A stretch of DNA of 62,857 nucleotides from contig NW_018408801.1 of the NCBI RefSeq assembly GCF_002113885.1, forward strand, positions 1-62,857, in the 5' to 3' direction. The notes beneath the pieces are model-generated. The model searched no databases. It saw only the letters and a program-made list of their open reading frames with translations, and was not told the origin of the DNA. Both the position numbers and the translations under genes were made by a program. Shown piece by piece: positions 13,101-25,200 of the stretch (positions are counted from its first letter, which is position 1; each line of letters opens with the position of its first letter). The stretch is from Mizuhopecten yessoensis. Lineage: Eukaryota.

Positions 13101-15186
13101 TCGACATATAGATGTGAAGCTGCAGAACATTTCGTGATGACACAAATTATATCATTACATCTCTAAACTTTCTGTGGTTTTCGCGCAAAACAGCCTCTAT
13201 AATACGAATGTTAAGTTAGACTATTGGGATAGTGTCGTGTCTTTCTTTATCTTTCATATTCTGATGGTATACAAGCGGTATATTTTTGTATTGTTCATTA
13301 TTTCTTTGATAAGCAAATTTATTCATAACGTTGTGTTCCATTCAAAAGCAAAGCATTATCGAAAATAAACGGGAATAAATACAAACTGTAATATTATATT
13401 GGCAAATAGATGCAACCTTTACTCAGATATGACTTCATAACTCCGCAAGCACCGTCACATATATCACAATCATGTAGTGTCATGTTGTCGAGCACAGAGG
13501 AACGTCATTAAAAAAATGTCGAGACAAATGATTCGATTCCACAATACCAGACTGAGCCACAATAAGATTGTAGACTGGAGATCAGAGTGAGATATCATGT
13601 TCTGTATAAATATGTCGTACTTGACATTGTTTTGATTAATGATATTGAATTAACAACGCAAAGAACCAACTGAATAAAACTATTGTTAAACAGGAATGTT
13701 AAACGCATATAGTATGAAGTTTATTTGTTTGAAGTTTAAATATAAAGAAAAAAAGGCATATACATTTCTCAAATTTTATTAATGAAATACATTGTTTTGC
13801 TTTACAAAGATCGTAAAGATAATTTAAATATCAATATGTGCATTTACCTTGATATTTCTATTGATTGATATTCTTGTATTGTCTTACTTACATGATGATC
13901 TATAAGAAAAAAAAAATGAAACTCTAAATATGTAATTTGGTTCTAGTAGTCGTTGACAGAACATGTATTGCAATACATTATTTGGAGGGATATTTAACAC
14001 AAACGTGTATGGTCACTTTCGTAATTAATTGTAATATCACTTTAGTAATTAATTGTCTTTCATATAAAATCATGCTAACTAAAGAAAAATATAACAAGGC
14101 GGTATAAATGTATGATTGTGCTGATTAACACAATGTTAAATAAAACAGGAACGTAATTGCCATTGTCATATCATGTCAATGTTCTCTTTGTTATAAAACA
14201 TTACAGAATGATATTGCCACATGTTACTGATGTCGTACACATGTTAAACACATCTGATTTAATAGTAATTACAAAGAGCGTATATTTGTCGAAATTTCTA
14301 AGATGGGTGCGGCGTCTTCATGTTGTAATAAGTATCCACGCGTGGTATACGATAGTGTTACATTATAAATGATCTAGCATTAGCCGAGTGTTGTCAAATT
14401 AAAATCGATAGGACAAATACGGATATGTATACTCCGGATCGTACTATTATATTATTGTTAAGAGGACGGATCGATATGTATATATCACTGTGTGTCACTA
14501 GCAAAGCACCCCTATATGTATGTGAGCACTATAACGTATTTTCTACAAAATATTTACGTGTTAGGATGAACCAACGTAGAGATAAGCATATGGGTGTCTG
14601 AAACCAATCCAAATGAATGAAGTGCATCTTTACATTGTTGAATATTGCATTATCTAACTATAATATCAAATTAAGATAAAATAAATTCATGCTCCTTAAT
14701 CAAACACATATTTTTGAAGGTGTACATTAATTACTGGTCCTTTCTGCATGTTTACTGATAATCATATTTTTAGAAGATGAGGTATTACATTGATAAAAAA
14801 ATGAACTTAAGACACACACTTGGGACTTCACCTATACAATTTGGTAATAGATACAGCATGGCACAAATGAATTACACAGAACCATACAGCTGTTTCGTCC
14901 TTCTACCACTCATCGTTGATACTAGGGTCAAACAATTGGAAATCCAAGTTGGTTTAAACAACTGTTGGAACAGAAGGAATGTGCGTAAAACCCCTTTATT
15001 TATGAGTTTCGAAAAGGAATACTGGTTAACATCAAAGAAAAGTGTACATACACAAAGAATATATTACTTACGTGAACTTAGAAAGGTAAAAGAAAATGTC
15101 TTTTACATAATACAAACGTTTATTAAAGGTTTACTTTCCATTTACATATTTTCCTTCGAAAATTACAAATGACAAATCTCGATTGA

Positions 15187-16230
15187 CTACATTCTGTAAG
15201 TATTGTCCGCATACATTTTGTTATCGTAGGCTACTTCCGGTATATTCTCCGTTTTCTCTTCATGAACTGTGTACTTTTTGTGGTTCGGCTTCTTCGTTCT
15301 GTCGCCAAAGTAAGGAATACAACCAAATTAAAATTATTTTGAATTTCTTAATACTAGTCAAATGTATACAAAATACTACTACATGGCATTGGATAGTCCA
15401 AATGTGATTAAAACAAACATACATCTTAGCAGGTGTAGAAACCAATGATGATGTGAATATAAATTTAAGTTGTCCTAAAGGATTGTGAGAAACCATTTAC
15501 ACAAGCTGTTTACTTCAAAATTGGAAAAATGTTATATTTGTCCGTGATTTTTTATCCTTTATCTTTGACCGATGACCATCGATATCAAATCAGGTAAAGA
15601 ACTCGATATTAACGTACTATGGAGTAAATAGGAACTAAAATATGTTCAGGGGTTCATGAGATTTCATTTCAACAAATTTTATTGGTTAGAAAACAAATGG
15701 ATTGGACAACAGGCAAGCCTATATAAGTCCTCTCCAATAGGTACCACATATATACAAGTCAAAGTGAATAAAGTAAATAATAGATAGCATAGATAGTAAT
15801 GTATATAATTTATATAAAGAGATTTTAACATGAAAGCATTGATGGTAGTATTACACAATATTCAGAGAGTAGAATGATTACTTCGGGTAATATATAATAA
15901 TTAAATATGTAAACATCTACTCAAGCTTATACATACTTGTATACTTTCATGAGATATTATGTACACAAGCTTTTCACTACATACGGACACATGAACACAC
16001 AAACCAACCATCGCATACACGCACAAACGGACGTACAGACAATTACTATATACCTCTCTCTCCGTACATATAGGGGTATAATTACCTGTTTTTCACAATG
16101 TATCCGATGGCCACGAGTAAACAGAATCCAAGGATTCCACACACTACTGCTAGGATAACGATTTCCGTCTGGTCGAAAGTGCTGTCCTCGTCCTGTTTTG
16201 AGGCCTGTACTGATGGACTACAGGCGGGGT
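15187..16230 (-). CDS. Giant gene transmembrane and cytoplasmic-tail exons
   Basis: IVILAVVCGILGFCLLVAIGYIV, then basic KNRTKK, then ...VAYDNKMYADNTYRM*. Confidence 0.82.
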
Positions 16231-19200
16231 CTGTAACACATACACGTCATAGCAGTGATGATGCTGAGAATATGTCAACTTTATTTTTACAAATATAGCA
16301 AACACAAAATCATTTCATAAATACAATTATTTATTGTACAGTATTTACAAAGACCGATATCAAGCTCTGACGTAAGCCGACGATACAGTTCACAGTTGCT
16401 TAAACAAAACGAACTGTTCAGGTACCGTTAAATTTCTTATTTAAGCGAACTCAGCTGTTAGTGTTTTATCGAATTTAAACATATAATCGCATTGATGAAT
16501 TGGCGTAATCAAAATATATGCAATAGAAGCTTTATACAGAAATCTCAACTAGGGCAATCATAATTTAGCGCATTATTTAAAGCATGAAAAGCGGTAAAAT
16601 AAGAATTGCGCAAAACATTATGATTTTGCAGTGTACTCATTAAGTTGTCGTAAAGTTTCGAAATTGTTTAAACAAATTAGCAAATTGAAAGATGGATAAA
16701 CAAATAAATACCTGAATTACATGTATCAGTCCACGAGGATTCGCTCTTGTCAGGCTTGCAAACCTGATACTTCTCCCCGGGTTTAGTTTCGTCTTTACCA
16801 TAACAGGCCTCGTCGATAACACAGCTATCACCCTAGAACATTATTTGAGAAAATGAATTTAGAAAGGGGTGAGGGAAAAACAACAAATCATTATATCAAT
16901 ACTACCACTTACGCTATCACGTGACTTTATAATATAGCAGGTAACTATTACAATTCTAAATATACTATTTTTTTCCAGTTGAAATAATCATTGTGACTAA
17001 CCTTAAAGAAAAATATGAGATAATCTAAGTGTGAACGAAAATTTAAATGGAACTGAAAACAGATTTAATCAGAGCAGTAAAGCAAAAAGAATAAGACCAT
17101 GTACTCCTGCAGGTTAAGTGACTTCTATAAGCATATTGCATTATTATATCAACTTCATTGCCTCGCTATAAAATCCTCTCATTCTGGATTTAAATAACTT
17201 TTATTCCACAACATTCAGTTCCTGAAGTTTGTAATTTACCTTTCGACTGCACGTGGATGCCGACGTATCATTAGCGATCGAACATTGGTAGCAGATTGAG
17301 TCGAACACAAGATGGAGGTACTGATTGGTGCTCTGTGTAGCACCATCATTGCTCACTCTTATCAAGGCTCCAGTATTAGCATCGGGCAGACGACATGATA
17401 CTTGGTACATATTCGTGAAGTTTGCAGAAACTGTAGTCTCGAGTCCAATTGATTCTACTGAAGATGTTACCTGTGTCAAGGAAATTACGTTATAGATATA
17501 ACTTTAAACATACATTGTAATTTTCATAAGTTTTGTGTTCAAATCGTTTTCTGTTTGCCCAATTTTCGAACAAGTCCAACAACTCCGCGAACTTTTTGCA
17601 GTATTTCCTTTGGTTATGTCACAATTGGATATATAATAATGTTAAAATAATACCTTGATATACGTGTAGTGACAAGTCAGGGTAGGTGATTCAACAAAGT
17701 TTTGTCCCAGGATCATGACTGTCTGACACCTGTCGCTAGAATGTCTCACATCACATCCGACATTGTTTACTGGCATGGCGTTTACCGTCGGTGTGGTGTT
17801 TCTGGCGGATACCGAGCAGTCAGTTCCGGCGAATCCAGGCTCGCACTGACACACTCCTTAATAAGTTAACGAAGGTTTGTAGTGGAGAACATTTCTACTG
17901 TTACTTCACAATGCGTGAAAACTTTGATATAACTCGACATCAACTACAAGGGCCACCAATATCTATACAAATAACATTATTATCGACTATGTATTAGGTA
18001 ATAGCAAAATAGATAAGGTAAATGCTTTAATCAAATGTAAATATGTGTAATGTGTAATTTATTTTTTGTGCTGTACAACACGTGATAACAGTAACGTTAA
18101 ATAACATAAAGTAAACATCATTAAGACATGTAAGGATCCTCGTACCACTGTCAATAACTGTAAATGAGTATTGGAAACTTAAATAATTTCTGGAAAGAAG
18201 TCCATACCTTGCAAGACGTTTATTAGAATTAATAAAAATGAAATAAACAAAATATCAATCAACAAGTGTTCTGAATATAAAACTTCAGCGGGGCTAGACC
18301 GGGAATCGAACCCTGGACTTCACTTTCTTATACAATCGCTCTAACTTAATAAGCTACCTTGTTGACAGAAGTGTCTTCGACAAACTATGCGAGAGTTATA
18401 TCCAAACGGAGGAAGCTAATGAAGGTAACTGTATATAGGAAAACCACATTGCAGTTGGACAGGTATTCTTACACCACGACATAGAATGCTAGTATCATAC
18501 GCCGCAGGTTTGACCAAATGTAACAAGAGAGGAAATATGCACCGCCTGACCGGGGTTCGAACCCCAGACCCTCCGAGTCCAGTTCCGCTACACTCAGTAA
18601 AACCGTTAGATATTTGGAAGGATGCTAAGTATTATTTTGTATCGGCACCGAATTATCTCTTCGAGCAAGAAGGATTACTCAACTCATATGTGATCGATAT
18701 ATTTAGACACATAATCAGTCGTTAGTTGCTACTTAGATGTTAATTAATCAATTGAGTAGATTAAGAATAAATATACTAAAACATATTAAATCACTCAATG
18801 AAAATGAGCACAGTCAATGACTGCTTACCTTGAGTACAGTTTCCATTTTGGCAGTCCTCACTACAAAGACTAGAGGTATCAATGACAGGTACACTGGAGT
18901 TCGACCCGTTCACTGGAGTCTTGTCCACCTCTCCCAAACATTCCTCCATGATGTCCTTGATTGAATCAAGTGCCCAGACGTCGTCACCAGTAGACTGCGA
19001 AAGGACACAATTATTTTTAAAGAACATGGTCATTTACAATGTTAACANGAGTAACGTCATCAATTTTTGAGAAAACGACGTAATTTTCTCACACAAACAA
19101 ATGACGTAACAATCAATACCTGCTCCCAAGAGAAGATAACTCTGCAATACGCAAAGACGGAAAAGTAAACCTTTCACGAGACAAACATGGAGGAACGTAT

Positions 19201-22200
19201 GTTAATATCATGTCCTCGTCAGATTTTGGAATATATTAAGTGTCTTCTTAAAACGTTTTTTAAAATACCAGGGACTTAAAGTATGGCATCATCATATATT
19301 ATCAAATTGTCGGTACATTATGAACTATTTGATGGAGGAAAAGCAACATACAATGTAGCTATTTTCTGCATCAAATGAAATTCTGAACATTCATAAATAC
19401 TACTGGTGAAATGAACTATAAATATAAAAAAGGAGACATAATGCATTTGCCGTATCCATGACAACGCAGTAAAGCTAACATTTTTAGTCAGGCTCATAAA
19501 AGTTAGCTGAATTATTATATATTCTGAAATATTTCGGTAGCTTACGATTGTGTGATAGTTAAGCTAAAAACCTTTTGGACATAAGAAGAAAATCTGTAAA
19601 TCACCTTTAACCAAACAACAACATATATTATTAGTGTCAGACGTACGTATAAGTCGGCCGCACAGTTGTCTATCCTCTCTGAAATGTCGGAACCATTCAC
19701 CACGCTGTCACACTGGACGGTCACCGAGTTGTTATAGATCGCATTAGAACATACATCTTTAGCTTCATCCAGTGTGTAGTTCAAAGTGTTCTGAGATCAA
19801 TTTAAGAACACACGGGTAATCATGCAGTCAGACATGTTGACATTTTACTATTAAAGTATATAAGAACAAGAAATCCATTCTTTAATCCTTGCGTATGCTT
19901 CTGTTCTCGAAACACTTTTTTGAAATATTGATCAAGATGATGTCAAGATGATTTGTTTATACGTACACTTCGTTTGTTTATAGTTATTTATTGATTAAGC
20001 TTTTCCTTTCTTGCTCTTAATCGTCCAACGAAAATTGAAGTGAAAACGACCCAAACAATGCGATGTAAACAATTTGCAAATATGTTATCCCATTTAATTC
20101 TGATACTACTATATACAGATATTTTTTTATAATAGATACTGTAAATGAAATATATACTGTAATTGTTATATACTTTATGTTATATATACTGTGATTGTAA
20201 TATACTTTATGAAGTACATACTATGATTGTAAAAATAAACTTTTGAATATGTACTGTAATTGTGTTATCCTTTATTACTGTATTATTTGCTGGTATTATA
20301 CTTTATGTAATATATACTGTAATTGCGATATTTACTGTTTATATGATAAATACTATGGCATACCTGCGGCAACACCTCTGGTGTGACTGGGGTAATTGAG
20401 GCCTGACGTTTACCTCTGCCCCTACCACCAAGCTGAGGTAGTCTGGCCTGGGATTCTATCGTCCTAGTGATGTCGTAACCTGTATATTAGCAACTCGATC
20501 ATTAACGTAAACGATGTTTCTGTTTATAAAAAAAATCAAAACTTGGACTTCCTCCTGGAACAGATAGGGTACAACTGCTATGATACAGAAAAAAAATACC
20601 ATAGCGACAACAGAAAACGAAGTAAGAACACAACAAAGTAAATAGAAGATGAAACCAACTTGAGTTTGAAATAAGGTTATAATGGCGGCCATCAGATTTC
20701 TACTGTGTAGATTGTATTCAATCTTGGTCGTATCACACCGGTTAAAAGTATTGATAGGTCGCATTGAATCCCTACAAATCATATGTAGTTAGTTTCATTC
20801 CATCAATAATATCTAACTTCAACACAATTACCAGGCCCCAATTCTATCATACTGAATAAGCTTGACGATAAATAAGGGTAAAAGAAACCTTTTACACAAG
20901 AAATATATATGTATCTTATCTTCATCGAAAACTTTCATAAAATTAAAACTTTATTAAGTACTAGTTTCGCAATTTATCAAATCAATAATACATTTATGTC
21001 TTAATAAGACCAGGTTTAGCCAACACGTACGTGTTTCTAGACACCTCATGGTGCCGTGACTGTTAACACAAAACACCTGGCGACCCTGGACACAGCTACA
21101 GAAGCGAGTGATTCCAGGAACGGTGGCTGCTGGTACTCCAGTGAAAATACTCGCTCCCGAACTGACGCTGGAACAAATATAACAACATAAAAAGCCATTG
21201 TCAAGAAACCATTAGACACGCAAATATAATAGATAGAAAATAATTTCTAGATATCGTAAACCATTTAACATACTAATATAACCCCCGGTCCCCTAAAACA
21301 TACTACTTCTGAATTTGTCAGGCCGTTGTATACAATTAAGCAAGGACAAAGTGGGTCAAATATAGACTTAAATATATTAATTATATCAATGTTTTGGCTG
21401 TTAGCATTTAGGGTATTGATTTGATAAAAGAGTGAAGTGTTGAATGGCTTCCCAGATCTCGATAACCAGGAATTAACAAGACTTACTGCCATTTCATCGA
21501 GAACTCATCTGGATGGCGGTTACTTTCAGGAATGGGTCTACCACGATTGTCGAGGACGTCATTTCCCCTATTTCGGTCGTAAACGCCACAAAGACCTGCG
21601 GAGTTGATAATTTGAATGCTGTTTAACATTGTCATATATAGTTATATTACAAAAGATACTGTTATACATGTCAGTAATTCCGACGTTCTTGCAAAACATA
21701 AGTTCGAATTTCGGGGCCTTCAGAAAATCAAAACTCTAAAATTGCATCTCTGTAACGATGATATAATCGTGTATATTACAGTATAAACCATGTTCCATGA
21801 TCATAAAGTAATGATACATCATAAACCGACCTCTTCAAACATAGCTAGATTTTAAAACAGCACCTTCTCCTAATATAAAGCTTTCTCGTTTTAACCAGAG
21901 CATTTTGTGAAAAGCATTAACTATCTAACAGTCCAACTAGGAAATTGAAATATATATATACATATATTCTCTAACCACAGAAATAATCAGTATCTTGCTT
22001 GGTTATCGTGACAATCTTACCTTCCGTTTGTGAGTAATCCAAGCTGGAAGGTTTAACCCAGATGTTGAGGAAGGGTCGCGCGCTGGATTGGATTGTTACG
22101 ACAGTGCCGGTAGGTAGATGTACCTAAGGTATATCAGTTGAGTTTAGTTAAGAGATAATTGGTAATAGTTTAAAACGATCAAGTTCTAGGTAATATCGCT

Positions 22201-25200
22201 TTAAAATTGTTTCAGTTTTCAAACGTGTTTAACATCATATGCGAAAGTAGTACGGATATTAGGTAGAAGTTAGTTTTGCTTACCTCATACTTTTGTCCGC
22301 ATCCCAGTCGACGGATGACAGTGCCGGGAGTGAGTTTACCGTTCTTAAACATCTGTATCGTGATTGGAGTTGGTGCCGGTTGGTGGTGGTGGTGACGGTC
22401 ATGACCATGGTGGCCATGTTGGGGTTGGGGTGCCATGACGCCATGACTTCCACAGCTCGAAAACGTTATTACATCGTCACCAGATTTTATCGCGACTGCG
22501 CAGTTACATGAGGGATTAGAATGTCTCCGAGTACTGCATTTTTGATACTGTGCTCGGACCTGTAAATAAGAGACATTTGTTACAAAGATAATTCACAGTG
22601 ATTAAAATGGAATGCATTTAGTTAATGTTTGTTTTAACTTACTTTCGGGTTTGTTTTAAATACCTGATGATAAATAGAATGGAATTCGGAAAACAGGAAT
22701 AATCGCTTAAGCAGACTACCATTCCATTTAACACCAATAACTTAAACAAAATAGAAAGACATCAATATATCGATATTGTATTTTTGTGTTTGTCAACACT
22801 TCTCTGTCACATAGCAATATTATTCCTCATTTACTTCCTTTGCAAAATAACATCTTCAATATTTGTTTTATGAACATCTAGTTGAAACAAGCGCAGAATT
22901 ATCTTGCAATTTTATGCTTAAAAATCCGTCATTTTAAAAGGACTATTTCGCAGAAGGATCATGTAAACACTCTATGTACATATTACTACGCGCACGAGAC
23001 TGTCTAGCATTGTCGAGTGACCGAAATAATGGGCAAGACAAAGGTTACAATTACACTTCACACTGTAAATATATACGATATTACCGTTTTATGTTACCGT
23101 AATGATATTGATAACGTTATTTACTGGCAAATTATAATGACATTACTGTTTAGTGATTTTTGTTGAGGAAATATTACGTGCTTGACAAGGTATATGAAAT
23201 GAGAGTGTTCTGAATAAGTTCTAGAGGTTGTGACGAGCCAAATTTAATTGTTATTCACCAGTTAAATGTTATGATATAGAGCGGAAGCATAATTTTGTAT
23301 TCATGAGAACCAACCTCATATGGAAGTGTCTTATGTCGGTACAAAACAAATTCTCCGGTGTTGAAATTGTCATATCGTCTGTAAAAAAAGGAAATAGATA
23401 TCGTAAGAAATCATACATGCAACCTTGGATTTACGAATAAGTACTATTATGAAAAAAACATAATTTAATAAAAAATGAATTCCTAAATGTTGGCACTAAC
23501 CATGCTTATCGTTGCTTTTGTTAAATATGAAACTGTTATTTTTGAAGAATTCATGTTGTAATACATAATTTTTGATAATGATGATTTGAATCCAACTTTA
23601 GTGTAATTCTTTCAGATATCGTATACCTTGTCGTAATTGGCTCATACGTATTAAATAGATATATGTCTGGATTTTAAATAAGCCTTTAATTAGGGGAAAC
23701 AGTTCTTACCTGCCGTCAAACGTTGTGATATGAGGATCATTTAATGATGTACACATAGACTTGTGGTCGTTGTCCTTAGCAACCACCTAATGAAACATAT
23801 CAGAAGTCACTCGTCAATATTCAATTTTATTCATGATATCTATACCAAAGTTAACCTTACAAGATGTAAATGCCCATCCTTTTTTTTATTTCCTATAGCA
23901 TGTCCTACACTTAATTAATAATTATCTTAAGAATTGATTTATATTTTTCTATCTTAATTGTTAAATAATTAATTGAAAAAAATGACACAAAATCTTGAAA
24001 TGCATCATGTTACATCTCTACATGATATTAAATTCATGCAATGGTTAGAAGGACCCTTACATCAATGCGACCGATATTGAGAGTAAGCGAAGTACTGGTC
24101 ACTATCGGGGGTTGCCGGGGAAACGTCACTAGGGCCTGGACGGTCACGTGGGTATTGTGGTCGCGGTCGTACATGTTATCCACCATAGCGGTGATGGGGA
24201 TCTGAATTAGGCCTTGCCAGTTGGATTGCGACAGAGAGGCTCCGCATGACTCCGCTTTTGTGGTCTGACTCGGACCTTTCCATCCGATAATAACTTGTGG
24301 TAGAACCAACTGTCCACACTTTTTGTCACGCCGATCGTAGTCAGTATGAGTCTGAATGACTATAGTACACTGTCCCTTACAACCTTGACAACAGAACATT
24401 TGTGGGGGAGCTGTGGAATTGATGGTGACATACTGGGGAGTCCGCCCCTCGGTCAATACTAGCTTGCCAGTAGTGATAAGCTAAAACAAAAACACAGGGT
24501 TGTGCTTGTTAATATAGATATTCTGTACAGAATGGAATGCATTTGCAAATAAATATTGATAATACATGTAATAATGCAATCATAAGACGTGTTTTAAAGG
24601 GGTTGATTGAAAAAGTGTCAATTTTATACCTGTCTTCGAGAACACTTCTTAGGTAAATGTACGGTTTAATGTTATAAGTGGCTGGGTCATTACAGTATCA
24701 TAAACATGATCCTACCTTGATGGTGGGGATGAAGAGTGCACTGGTGAGTTTACTCGTCAGTCCACTTTGACCTTTGTACCGAGCCTGGATGGAACACGTC
24801 ACCTGGAGAGATGCAATTCGTAAATAATTTATTCATAAATATTAAACAGGTAATTCATCTCTAAGGGACTGTAGTAACTTTGTTAGAAAATATTACAAAT
24901 AATGTCACAAGAGTTATTTCACAAACTTGTCACCTTTTCCTTTACTTAATTTTGTCATACTGCAACTCCATTTCAGTTATTCAAAGTTCCGAAACCCTAG
25001 AATTGGTAAAGGTTACACAAGTATGTAAAAACGCTACTAACATGTACACACTTTATCATACCTAACCTGTTTGTAATTATACCTTTTTGTTGAACAGGTT
25101 GTCATTGATGCTGGCAACTGTAAACTTATAACTATCCGTCAATCCAGACACGATGTTCATTAGTTCACAATTCCCATTGATGTTCAGGCAGACAATAAAT

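Noticed and set aside
18287-18600. Functional tRNA genes
   Set aside because: Only box remnants are present; no complete cloverleaf or anticodon stem can be built.
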